A DNA stretch of 64,000 bases from Mariniflexile sp. (GCA_051275695.1 JBNMNO010000002.1:38-64037); one strand, 5' to 3'. Shown: positions 50,496-60,332, counted from the first letter of the stretch. Translations and numbers: made by a program. The notes: generated from the letters alone by a model not told the origin.

Positions 50496-51614
50496 CTATT
50501 TCAAGTTTTCTTTAGTGGTTTTAATTATATTTAGATAGTCCTCAGTTAAAGCGGGTCCATCAAAAAACGTAACCCCTTTCGCGCCATTTTCTTTAGCTAA
50601 CAATATAGCTTCTTCCAATTCTTTAGAAGACTTAAAAGATGGTATATAAATACCGGTATTTATGCCAACACCCCTATCCTTTACATCATCAAAACCCTGT
50701 TTTGTAGCGTAACCAATCCAATCAATTTCCTCATTATAAAAACCGTGATAAATCATTGGATACACCTCATCAATAGTCCACTTATCCCATCGTTGGCGAA
50801 CCATATGATCTGCCATCTCTGGATAAGGAAAAACAGCTGCTGTTAAGTTTTTATCATATTTATGCACGATTTTGTAAGCATCATCTACTACTGCTTTAAT
50901 AGCATTCAACCTAAAATTTTTCCACTCCATATCTATATCCGTATTTTTAATATCCATTGGATTTTTATGATGCAGTTTTTCAAATTCACTAATACAAACA
51001 TCACAATAGCAAAAATCGAATTCTGGTAATTCTTCATCCTGTATTAAATTATATTTAGGAAGTAAACCGATTGGTAAAAAAATATCTGAAAAACGAATAT
51101 AATCTAAATGGACACTTTCAATACCATCAACTTTTGCCAGTCCTTCAACCAGTGCTAATATATGATTTCGTGACTCTATTCTTGTTGGACATAACCATTG
51201 ATAATAATCTACATAAGGCCTGGTGTCAAAACATGATTTCCCCTCTTTACTAACCGCATACCATTCAGGATGTGTTAATGCAATAGAATCTCCTGGACGA
51301 TTCATGGCCATAATCCAAGCATGTACTCTTAATCCGGTTTCTTTGGCAATTGGAACTAATCTTTTTAAAAGCTCTGGGTCAGTTCCTGTATTGATTAAAA
51401 CTTCATCAATCCCCGCGTCTTTGTATTTTTTAAATTCTTGAGCATAGTCTTTATTAACTTTTTCATTATTTGCTGTAATCCAAACTCCAAATTCAAAGCG
51501 AGTTTCTGTTTTCGTATCTAATATAAGGTCACGGCTTCCTTTCTTATTTTCACCTAAACAAGAAAACAAACTGAAAGTAATTGCAAAAAATAATAATTTA
51601 GGCAGCTTCACCAT
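50496..51614 (-). CDS. GHL10-like putative glycoside hydrolase lipoprotein, paralog 2
   Basis: Lipobox LFSC, VHAW, WLCP, VHLDYIRFSD and CYCDVC. Start placed at 51614. Confidence 0.7.
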   Translation of the reverse strand: MVKLPKLLFFAITFSLFSCLGENKKGSRDLILDTKTETRFEFGVWITANNEKVNKDYAQEFKKYKDAGIDEVLINTGTDPELLKRLVPIAKETGLRVHAWIMAMNRPGDSIALTHPEWYAVSKEGKSCFDTRPYVDYYQWLCPTRIESRNHILALVEGLAKVDGIESVHLDYIRFSDIFLPIGLLPKYNLIQDEELPEFDFCYCDVCISEFEKLHHKNPMDIKNTDIDMEWKNFRLNAIKAVVDDAYKIVHKYDKNLTAAVFPYPEMADHMVRQRWDKWTIDEVYPMIYHGFYNEEIDWIGYATKQGFDDVKDRGVGINTGIYIPSFKSSKELEEAILLAKENGAKGVTFFDGPALTEDYLNIIKTTKENLK

Positions 51615-51618
51615 AAAT

Positions 51619-52695
51619 TTAGTTTGAAATAATTTTACCATCTTCTTTTATAATGAGTGTTTTATTTGAAAAAGGGCTTTTTAATAAAATATTATATCCT
51701 GTTGAATGATTTTCCAATATAGGCTTTAATGTTTTGTTATCTATAACTAATGTCTTTTCTACTAAACTATCTATATTAGTAGCCCATGTACCGTGTTCAT
51801 GGCGGTATGCATTTTGGGATCTATACAATGTAAATAAGGCCCATTTTATTTTCTCGTCTTGAGGTATGGTAAATATTTCATCTTGACCTATTTCTTTTGT
51901 TGAAAAATAAACATACCCCCATTTTTCAGGAAGGTGCATATTTACCACACCTGTTGGTGACCATACCCAATTAAATTCTGGTATAAAATCACCTTTTTGA
52001 TCTTTCTTCCTTACATATTGACCATTAGAAATAGTATGGAGCCAATTGACTCTTGAAAAATTAACTTTCCAAAAATTATCGCCCGGTATGATATTATTAT
52101 AGTAAGACGTTCTAAATGCAGACCAAGGAATTGCCAATTCTAGTACCCAGCCTTTATCAATATCTGAGGAGTTATTAATAGTTCCATCTACTTTGATCGC
52201 AGATTTTAATCCGATAATATCCCAATCGTTTAGGACAACGTTATTTAATTCTCTGTACGGTTTTGAAACAAATAAATCCCAAGCGGTATTTAGGGCATTT
52301 ATTTCCAACTCATAATAATTATGTGTATCGCCATCTGGATCTATAAACACTTCAAAATCATTATTATAAAATATAATAGTATCACGTTGCTTTAAATTTG
52401 CCCAAACATGAGGCTCCTCTAATTTAGCCAAAACATAAAAATAAGTGTCATCCCATAACATCTTTACTTGAGTTTGGTAAGTTGGTTTTTTAACCCCTTC
52501 AATATCAATAAAAGAATCTGACCAATCTACTTTACTCCAAGATATATCAGACTCATCGCCATCTATTTTTATGTTATCTAGAGTTTTATGGACAACATAG
52601 GTTTTGGGAGTGATTTCCGTTATTGATTGTGCACAACTGCATATTGCAAAGCAATAAAACAATAGGGTAATAAATTTTAGTCTTTGATTCATCAA
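51619..52695 (-). CDS. Carbohydrate-binding family 9-like protein
   Basis: IKIDG, VKMLWDD, DFEVFIDP, YELEINA, WVLELAIPW, NFSRV and NWVWSP...MHLPEKWG. Confidence 0.75.
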   Translation of the reverse strand: MMNQRLKFITLLFYCFAICSCAQSITEITPKTYVVHKTLDNIKIDGDESDISWSKVDWSDSFIDIEGVKKPTYQTQVKMLWDDTYFYVLAKLEEPHVWANLKQRDTIIFYNNDFEVFIDPDGDTHNYYELEINALNTAWDLFVSKPYRELNNVVLNDWDIIGLKSAIKVDGTINNSSDIDKGWVLELAIPWSAFRTSYYNNIIPGDNFWKVNFSRVNWLHTISNGQYVRKKDQKGDFIPEFNWVWSPTGVVNMHLPEKWGYVYFSTKEIGQDEIFTIPQDEKIKWALFTLYRSQNAYRHEHGTWATNIDSLVEKTLVIDNKTLKPILENHSTGYNILLKSPFSNKTLIIKEDGKIISN

Positions 52696-52701
52696 ATCTG
52701 T

Positions 52702-53673
52702 TTATAAGCTATTATTCTTAGTGTATTGAACTACCTCACTTAGTTTACCAAATGCCATAGCCACTACAGTATCTGCTGCACCATAATAAATGGCCAATTT
52801 ATCTTCCTCAATATCATGTAAAGCAGCACAAGGAAATACCACATTTGGCACATCACCCACCATTTCGTAGAGCTCTGCTGGCCCTAACAAATAAGGTTGT
52901 GTTCTATATTTTACTTTATCTGGGGTGTGCTCATCTAAAATAGCGGCCCCCATGGCATACCTAAAGCCGTTACACGTATTTATAACTCCATGGTATAACA
53001 TGAGCCATCCTTCATTTGTAAGAATAGGAATTGGTCCCGCACCGATTTTTGTGCATTGCCATGCGCTGTCTTCAAAAGGGGTCGCTTTCATAACACATCT
53101 ATGTTCTCCCCAATACTTCATATCTGGGCTATAACTTATATAAATATCTCCAAAAGGTGTGTGACCATTATCACTTGGTCTACTTAACATGGCATACTTT
53201 CCATTAATTTTTTGTGGAAACAAAACCCCATTTCTATTGAAAGGCAAAAAAGCATTTTCACATTGAAAAAATTCTTTAAAATCAAAGGTATAGCCAATTC
53301 CAATTGTTGGGCCATTATAACCATTACACCAAGTAATCCAATACCGATCTTCAATAAAAACCACGCGAGGATCGTATTTATAATCAGATTCGATCATATT
53401 TGTATTACCGGCTTTCATATTTATAGGTTCATGATTAATATCCCAATCAATACCATTTTTACTAAAACCGGCAAAAATATTCATTTGTACTGCTTTGTTA
53501 TCACACCTAAAAACCCCAGCGAAGCCTTCTCCATAAGAAACTACTGCACTATTAAATATACTATTAGATGATGGTATAGCATATCTATCTATAATTGGAT
53601 TCGCACTATAGCGCCATATTACATCTAGACAATTTTCAGGTTTATCTTGCCAAGGAATCTTATTTTTTTGCAT
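52702..53673 (-). CDS. GH130 beta-1,4-mannosyl-GlcNAc phosphorylase-type enzyme
   Basis: [41 protein letters not shown] and VPNVVFPC. No signal peptide. Confidence 0.9.
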   Translation of the reverse strand: MQKNKIPWQDKPENCLDVIWRYSANPIIDRYAIPSSNSIFNSAVVSYGEGFAGVFRCDNKAVQMNIFAGFSKNGIDWDINHEPINMKAGNTNMIESDYKYDPRVVFIEDRYWITWCNGYNGPTIGIGYTFDFKEFFQCENAFLPFNRNGVLFPQKINGKYAMLSRPSDNGHTPFGDIYISYSPDMKYWGEHRCVMKATPFEDSAWQCTKIGAGPIPILTNEGWLMLYHGVINTCNGFRYAMGAAILDEHTPDKVKYRTQPYLLGPAELYEMVGDVPNVVFPCAALHDIEEDKLAIYYGAADTVVAMAFGKLSEVVQYTKNNSL

Positions 53674-53675
53674 TC

Positions 53676-55553
53676 TTAATCTTTATATTTTTTTACTTTA
53701 TCTAACCAAGTGAACTTTAAAATAATAGATGTTATGACAAATAGCAACAGTGCTATTATTGCTTTTGGATAATCTCTTATCATAAAGTATATGGGCAATA
53801 AAATCATACTTGACTGCCACACAACTCCAATCATACAATTCAACATATCGCTTACAAAATCCGTGTTTTTTGTAAATGAACCATCATCCCTCTTTAATTC
53901 CTTATAAACAGGATGCCACCAACCCCAAGGACGCACATTTGCATAGAATTCTTTCAAAGTATCCATACTTGTAGCAGGAGTAAGAAGTGTTCCTAAAAAA
54001 GAACCTAATAAAGATACAATGAAAATGACAGGGAAAATATAAATAGCTGGTATTTGAGCCAAATCGTATAGCCAAGTACCCACTTCAAAATTAGTCTTAT
54101 TTTGATCTAATAAAAATTGTAAAGTTGCTATAAACAAACCCGAAGTCATGCCCCAAAAATAACCCCAACCATTAAAACGCCACCAAATCCATTTTAAAAA
54201 ATTTGCAGCAACATAACCACCATAAAGTGCACTGGTAATCCAAAGTGTTATTGAATTAATGGAATCTGCAAAAAACCCCATTATAACTCCTAAAATAACC
54301 ACAGCAAAAGATGTTAAATAGCTTGCATTTATATAATGTTTATCAGTAGCTATTGGTTTAAAATATTTTTTATAAATATCATTTACAATATAAGCTGGCC
54401 CCGAATTCACAAACGCTGAAAACGTTGACATAAATGCTGCAAGTAAGCCTGCCAACAATAACCCTTTGATACCAACTGGAACGTGTTCATTGATAACTTT
54501 CGGCAAAATAACTTCAAAATCGTCCCATCTTAATGTATTCGATGCTGCCATTTCCGGAGCCAGATAAACCAGCCCAAGAACAACAATTCCTCCAATAAGC
54601 AAATAACGTGGAATAAACAACACTAAATTTGTAAATCCGCCCATATAAGCTGCTTCTTTTACAGAACGCGTTGATAATATACGTTGCATATCATAGCTCG
54701 GCGTTGGACCTGCGATACTCGCAAAAAAGCCTTTAAAAAGTGACATGCCAATAAAGGCTCCAAACATTTTATAGCCGTTTGTATCGATAAGATTATTAAA
54801 AGCTTCATATTTCCCGCTCCATGAACCTTCGAGTTCCCACCCAAAAAAAATATTATTCCATTCAGTTGAGAGGACATTATTTATTTCAGCATCCGTTACG
54901 GTAGCAAAAGCATAACCAGCAATTAAAACTCCAGCAATAACCATGATACCATATTGTAACACTTCTGTTGCAACTACCGAGAACATGCCTCCTTTAATCG
55001 TGTAAAGCGTTGTTAGAAAGATAATTATTAAGGCATAACTTTGATCGGAAGTTAATAAAACGCTATCATTCATCACCAATGTTAAATTCCAGGGAAGGAT
55101 GATGGTCATAAACTTTCCAACACCTTCAAAAAAGTAAGCAATAAAACCAACAGAAGCCATAATGGCAAAAACAGCAACAATCAAATGTGATGCCCTTCCC
55201 GCTTTTTTATCGCCAAACCGAGTTAAAATCCATTCTGACCCTGTCATAATATTCGAGCGTCGTATCCATGCCGCCAAAAAGATCATAACGAAAATTTGAT
55301 TAAAAATTGGCCACATCCACATGAACATAAAACTCTTAACGCCATAAAGAAATAAGATTCCAACCATCCACGCCGTACCAGACACATCGAACATTCCAGA
55401 ACCATTACTTAAACCCAGGTAATACCACTTAATGGATTTTCCTCCCAGAAAATAGGAGTCTAATCCTATAGATGCTCGTTTAGAAATCCAAATTCCAACT
55501 CCGAGCGTTAAAACAACATAAAGTACAATTATTGAAACATCTATACCATTCAT
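53676..55553 (-). CDS. Sodium:solute symporter
   Basis: [20 protein letters not shown] and AAFMSTFS; many TM helices; directly upstream of GH130. Confidence 0.88.
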   Translation of the reverse strand: MNGIDVSIIVLYVVLTLGVGIWISKRASIGLDSYFLGGKSIKWYYLGLSNGSGMFDVSGTAWMVGILFLYGVKSFMFMWMWPIFNQIFVMIFLAAWIRRSNIMTGSEWILTRFGDKKAGRASHLIVAVFAIMASVGFIAYFFEGVGKFMTIILPWNLTLVMNDSVLLTSDQSYALIIIFLTTLYTIKGGMFSVVATEVLQYGIMVIAGVLIAGYAFATVTDAEINNVLSTEWNNIFFGWELEGSWSGKYEAFNNLIDTNGYKMFGAFIGMSLFKGFFASIAGPTPSYDMQRILSTRSVKEAAYMGGFTNLVLFIPRYLLIGGIVVLGLVYLAPEMAASNTLRWDDFEVILPKVINEHVPVGIKGLLLAGLLAAFMSTFSAFVNSGPAYIVNDIYKKYFKPIATDKHYINASYLTSFAVVILGVIMGFFADSINSITLWITSALYGGYVAANFLKWIWWRFNGWGYFWGMTSGLFIATLQFLLDQNKTNFEVGTWLYDLAQIPAIYIFPVIFIVSLLGSFLGTLLTPATSMDTLKEFYANVRPWGWWHPVYKELKRDDGSFTKNTDFVSDMLNCMIGVVWQSSMILLPIYFMIRDYPKAIIALLLFVITSIILKFTWLDKVKKYKD

Positions 55554-57805
55554 TATTCTTGAACTCTTTTAGTTATACCCCATTCTTTATTTGGGCTAGA
55601 ACCCATAACGAAATGTAACGTTCCGCCTTCAGTAATTTTTCTATGTGCTATTGAGCTTTGATTAAATATGCCTCCATTAAGTGTGGCTGATTGTATATAG
55701 ATATTTTTATCTGAAACATTCTCAGCAGTAATAATAAAGGTTTTTCCTTCAGAAATGGTAATCGTAGTTTTTTCAAAAATAGGACTTCCTATTTCATAAT
55801 CTCCAGAAGCAGGATTCATAGGGTACAACCCCATAGAACTAAACACATACCAAGCAGACATTTGCCCACAATCTTCATTACCACTTAAACCATTTGGAGT
55901 GGTATTGTATTGCGTATCTAAAATATAACGTACCCAATACTGTGTTCGCCAAGGTTGATCGGCATGATTAAACAAATAAGCAATATGGTGACTCGGTTCA
56001 TTCCCATGAGCATACTGTCCAATTAAACCAGAAATATCTGCAGAAACATTTTCTCCGGTAATTTCAGAGCTTTCAGTAAAAAGTTGCTCTAAACGGCTGG
56101 CAAATATTTTATTACTCCCATGTAAGCTTATAAAATCTTCAACATTATGTGGTACAAACCAGCTGTGTTGCCATGCATTTCCTTCGGTATAATCGGTTTG
56201 TTCTCTGTGATTGGAATGCTTTGGATCAAAAGGCATGTTCCATGATTTTCCATCCACAGATTTTCCCCGCATAAAACCAGTTTCTGAATCAAATAAATGT
56301 TGATATGCTTTTGAACGGTTTAAGAAAAATTGATAATCATCATTCTTTCCTAGTTCCTTTGCCATTTGAGCTACACACCAATCATCATACGCATATTCTA
56401 AAGTAATGGTAACCGATTCATCTAATAAACTATACGGAATGTAACCGTATTTTTTATAATAATTTAATCCTCGCTCATCTTGCATCATGGTCGTTTTCAT
56501 CGCATCATAAGCTTTTTCAGCATCAAACCCACGAATTCCTTTTTTGTAAGCTTCAACAATTACTGGTATAGAATGATAGCCTGTCATGGTATTAGTCTCA
56601 TTCGCATAAAGGGTCCAAACAGGTAAGATGTTTCTCGTTTCATAATACGATAACATAGTGTTAATAATATCTGAAACTTTATCTGGTGCTATTAATGTAA
56701 GTAAAGGTTGTTCTGCTCTAAAAGTATCCCAAAGCGACAATGTAGAATACGCCGTATAATCAGAAGCCGTTTCAATACTATCATTCTCTTTTCTAAACTG
56801 TCCGTTTTTATCGCTATAAGTTACAGGAGCTAATTGCGCATGGTACATTGCAGTATAAAACATAGTTTTTAAGGAATCAATAGGGGTTTCTACTTCAATT
56901 TTATTTAAAGCTTTATTCCAAATACTATCGGCTTCCGTTTTTACCTTTTCAAAATTAAAATCACCAGTATCTAAATTATTTTTTGCATTTGCTATACTTA
57001 CTGAAGACAAAGCCACTTTTACAAATAATTCACTACTGTTAACAGAATTAAAAAATAATTGAACGGCTGTTTTTTCTCCTTGGCTTGTTGAACCTTTAAT
57101 TATTTCTTGATTAGCAAATAATGTATGCTCTGAAATTGGCTTAGAAAATTTGGCTACAAAATATACTTTTTGGTTTTTGGCCCACCCTGAACTAAAACGA
57201 TACCCACTAATGGTATTTTCGTTTTCAATTGTTATTGACGTTTTTAATGCTTTATCCCAATTAATGGCAAAACCAAGATCTACAATCACTGATTGCCTAT
57301 CATTTTCAGTATATATATATTTATGAATTGCGGTCCGGTTCGATGTTGTTAACTCTACATTTATTTTAGGATCATCTAAAAACACTTGGTAATACCCAGG
57401 ACCTGCCTTTTCATTTTTGTGGCTATAAGATGATTTATAAGGAATTGAATCACGATATTTGTGCAATACCCTTAAATCAATTTCTTTATTAATGGGCATA
57501 AACAAAACATCTGCTAAATCACCAATACCGGTTCCACTTAAGCTTAAATGACTAAACCCAACCATTACAGAATCTGAATAATGGTAGCCTGAACACCAAT
57601 CCCAATTACTAATACCGTTTACAGGACTAATTTGTAGCATCCCAAAAGGAACCGCTGCGCCTGGATAAGTGTGCCCATGCCCTCCTGTTCCTATAAAAGG
57701 ATTGACGTATTTAGTTAAGTCTTTATCATTATAAGATTTAACTGTTTGTTTTTTACAACCTACAAATAAAACAAAACACAATAAAAACAAAGTAATATTC
57801 TTCAT
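55553..57805 (-). CDS. GH92 alpha-mannosidase
   Basis: Lipobox FVGC, GTGGHGHTYPG, WDWCSGY, LSLWDTFR, EGNAWQH and GNEDCGQ. Confidence 0.92.
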   Translation of the reverse strand: MKNITLFLLCFVLFVGCKKQTVKSYNDKDLTKYVNPFIGTGGHGHTYPGAAVPFGMLQISPVNGISNWDWCSGYHYSDSVMVGFSHLSLSGTGIGDLADVLFMPINKEIDLRVLHKYRDSIPYKSSYSHKNEKAGPGYYQVFLDDPKINVELTTSNRTAIHKYIYTENDRQSVIVDLGFAINWDKALKTSITIENENTISGYRFSSGWAKNQKVYFVAKFSKPISEHTLFANQEIIKGSTSQGEKTAVQLFFNSVNSSELFVKVALSSVSIANAKNNLDTGDFNFEKVKTEADSIWNKALNKIEVETPIDSLKTMFYTAMYHAQLAPVTYSDKNGQFRKENDSIETASDYTAYSTLSLWDTFRAEQPLLTLIAPDKVSDIINTMLSYYETRNILPVWTLYANETNTMTGYHSIPVIVEAYKKGIRGFDAEKAYDAMKTTMMQDERGLNYYKKYGYIPYSLLDESVTITLEYAYDDWCVAQMAKELGKNDDYQFFLNRSKAYQHLFDSETGFMRGKSVDGKSWNMPFDPKHSNHREQTDYTEGNAWQHSWFVPHNVEDFISLHGSNKIFASRLEQLFTESSEITGENVSADISGLIGQYAHGNEPSHHIAYLFNHADQPWRTQYWVRYILDTQYNTTPNGLSGNEDCGQMSAWYVFSSMGLYPMNPASGDYEIGSPIFEKTTITISEGKTFIITAENVSDKNIYIQSATLNGGIFNQSSIAHRKITEGGTLHFVMGSSPNKEWGITKRVQE

Positions 57806-57868
57806 AAAAATATTTTACATTTTATTAAACATATAAAATTTCATAAATTTAACCATTCAAGAAAGTAA

Positions 57869-57885
57869 TTTAGACGGATAACGCG
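57869..57885 (-). promoter_or_regulatory. Degenerate box upstream of the long minus-strand operon
   Basis: tttagacggataacgcg resembles attagacagataacaat at 26734. Confidence 0.35.
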
Positions 57886-57944
57886 TTAACTGGGTTAAAC
57901 ATCCAAAAACAAATAGTAAACAGAGAATCATACCCAAAAATATA

Positions 57945-59003
57945 ATGAAATTTAATTCTGGCCATTCATATAAAGTATTACCTGTACACCACATTATCTT
58001 TTGGTTAATGTATTTTATATTCAATGTATTTCGATGGGGTAGTTATTTTAATGATTATTTATATTCATTAAAAACCAACTTATTAGGTTTTCCAATTCAT
58101 ATGGCTTTATGTTATTTAAACATTTACATACTAATGCCTAGGTTAGTGTTTAAAAAAAAGTATGTTTTGTATATGGTTGCAATTTTATCAACCATATTAA
58201 TTATGGTTTTTCTAAAATTTAACCTGACTTATTTTCTTGTAAGTCATAATGTTTGGCCAGAAGGACCGTCTCCCATAAATAAAATAACACTTAACTACAG
58301 CATTGACATGATGATAGGTGAATTATATGTGGTTACGTTCGTTACAGCTATTAAAATTACATTAGATTTTTTAAAGGAACACAAAAGAGTAACTGATCTT
58401 GAAAAAGCTCAATTAGAGACAGAATTATTGTTTTTAAAAACTCAAATTTCTCCTCACTTTTTTTTTAACACTTTAAATAACATATATTCCTTAGCCGTAG
58501 AAAACTCTAAAAAAACCCCCAAGATCATTCTAAAGTTATCGGAATTAATGCGTTACTTGCTTTATGAAACAAAAAACAAGAGGCAAACTTTAGAAAACGA
58601 AATTCTCTGTATTCAAAACTATTTAGATTTAGAAAGGATTCGCCATGATGAACGATTAGAAATAGACATGTCTATTTCAGGTGACATTCAAGATAAAGAA
58701 ATCGCTCCTATTTTATTGTTGTCGTTTGTTGAAAACACCTTTAAACATGGCGTGAATAAAATCATAGGAAAAGTTAAAATTGATATTGATTTAACAATTA
58801 AAGAAGATTTTCTTTTTTTTACAATTTCCAATCCAATGCCCGTAATTACTGGAAACAAAGAACGTTTTAATCCTTCAAGCGGTATAGGTTTAGAAAATGT
58901 AAAAAAAAGGCTAGCTTTAGGATATGACAAAAACGATTATAAATTAACTATTAAGAATGACAATGATATGTTTGTTGTAGAACTTAAAATTAAAGTAATA
59001 TGA
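57945..59003 (+). CDS. LytS/YehU-type sensor histidine kinase
   Basis: N-terminal TM helices, H-box LKTQISPHFFFNTLNNIY, VENTFKHG and GIGLENVKKRL. Confidence 0.92.
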   Translation: MKFNSGHSYKVLPVHHIIFWLMYFIFNVFRWGSYFNDYLYSLKTNLLGFPIHMALCYLNIYILMPRLVFKKKYVLYMVAILSTILIMVFLKFNLTYFLVSHNVWPEGPSPINKITLNYSIDMMIGELYVVTFVTAIKITLDFLKEHKRVTDLEKAQLETELLFLKTQISPHFFFNTLNNIYSLAVENSKKTPKIILKLSELMRYLLYETKNKRQTLENEILCIQNYLDLERIRHDERLEIDMSISGDIQDKEIAPILLLSFVENTFKHGVNKIIGKVKIDIDLTIKEDFLFFTISNPMPVITGNKERFNPSSGIGLENVKKRLALGYDKNDYKLTIKNDNDMFVVELKIKVI

Positions 59004-59710
59004 AAACAAAGTGCTTAATTATAGATGATGAACCTTTAGCAATCAATATCATTAAAAATTATTTAGAGCAAATAGAAAGCTTTGAGTTAATAGATTCCTT
59101 TAGCAACGCCATTGACGGCTTAAATTTCTTAAAAAACAACACGGTTGATGTCATTTTTTTAGATATTAATATGCCAGTTCTAGATGGTATTAATTTTATA
59201 AAAAGTTTAGAAAAACCTCCTTTGTTAATTATCACTAGTGCCTATAATGAATTTGCAATAGAAACTTATGAATTAGATGTATTGGATTACTTAGTTAAAC
59301 CTATTGAGTTTCCTAGGTTTATGAAAGCATTGAATAAAATTGATAGAAGACTTGACAATAATAAAGTTTTTCATGAGAGCCCAAAGGATCGCCCCTATCT
59401 TTTTGTTAAGATTGACAAAAAGAAAATGAAAAAGATCTTTTTAGATGAAATATTAATTGTAGAATCCCTAAAAGACTACCTAAAAATCAACACAAGTAGC
59501 GGTAAATATATAATCCACAGTACCTTGTCAGATTTTACTAACTTATTACCTTCAAGAGATTTTATAAGAATCCATAGATCATATACTATTGCCATGAATA
59601 AAATTGACGCTGTTGAAGGAAACAGCATAGAAATTGAAGGCCTTAGATATGTGATTGGCAGATCGTATGTGGATGACGTAAAACAAAAAATATTAAATTC
59701 ATCTATATAA
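59000..59710 (+). CDS. LytTR-family response regulator
   Basis: IIDDEPLA, FLDINMP, DYLVKP and LytTR motif FIRIHRSY; ATGA overlap with the kinase gene. Confidence 0.95.
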   Translation: MKTKCLIIDDEPLAINIIKNYLEQIESFELIDSFSNAIDGLNFLKNNTVDVIFLDINMPVLDGINFIKSLEKPPLLIITSAYNEFAIETYELDVLDYLVKPIEFPRFMKALNKIDRRLDNNKVFHESPKDRPYLFVKIDKKKMKKIFLDEILIVESLKDYLKINTSSGKYIIHSTLSDFTNLLPSRDFIRIHRSYTIAMNKIDAVEGNSIEIEGLRYVIGRSYVDDVKQKILNSSI

Positions 59711-59786
59711 AGGGTAAAGCCTAAAAATGATGCCCTTTAAAAGATTTAATGTTAAAATAATAGGATAAACCAAGGTCCTTATGTTT

Positions 59787-59998
59787 TTTTTTGCGGTTAG
59801 CCTTATTTTCACCAAAAAGATTCCAATTGGCACAAAAAAATAGCTTTCATAATACTAATCGGAAAAAGATTTAAATCCTTTCGTTTTCTTTCTTAATTCA
59901 TCAAGTACAAAAATAAATCAATTGTGAAATAGATTAAGATCTATAAAAAAGAAAATCATCAACACATTTTAAAAAGTAATTCGTATGTTAATTTCAAT
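59787..59998. repeat. Right copy of the ~200-bp direct repeat (perfect 71-bp core at 59825-59895)
   Basis: Same orientation as 2595-2798. The cores are 57,195 bp apart, and this copy lies just downstream of the tRNA-Pro terminator. Confidence 0.95.
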
Positions 59999-60078
59999 AT
60001 TCTTTGTTTATCAAACATCCTTCATAACAATGCACTTATATGTGCCTCTATTTCAATTTAACACTCTATTATTAAAAC

Positions 60079-60110
60079 AAAAAAACAACCACTTTCATGA
60101 TTGTTTTTTT
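60079..60110 (-). terminator. Terminator after tRNA-Pro
   Basis: The minus strand reads aaaaaaacaatca-tgaaag-tggttgttttttt, immediately 3' of the tRNA. Confidence 0.65.
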
Positions 60111-60112
60111 AG

Positions 60113-60187
60113 TCGGGGTGGCAGGATTCGAACCTGCGACCTCCTGCTCCCAAAGCAGGCGCGATAACCGGGCTACGCTACACCCCG
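60113..60187 (-). tRNA. tRNA-Pro(TGG)
   Basis: CGGGGTGTAGCGTAGCCCGGTTATCGCGCCTGCTTTGGGAGCAGGAGGTCGCAGGTTCGAATCCTGCCACCCCGA; anticodon arm CCTGC-TT-TGG-GA-GCAGG and T-loop GTTCGAATC. Confidence 0.97.
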
Positions 60188-60332
60188 AATAGTTATATTC
60201 TAACGGGATGCAAATATACTTTTTTTATTCATTTCATATATACTTTTCTAAAAAATAATAAATTATTTCTAGAGATAAAATTAGATACTAAAACTAGTAA
60301 TTTAGCCAATGTAAATTATTTAATTTTCACTT

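Noticed and set aside
59985-60167. 60-aa ORF in the track
   Set aside because: It is antisense to tRNA-Pro and its terminator, a typical tRNA shadow ORF.
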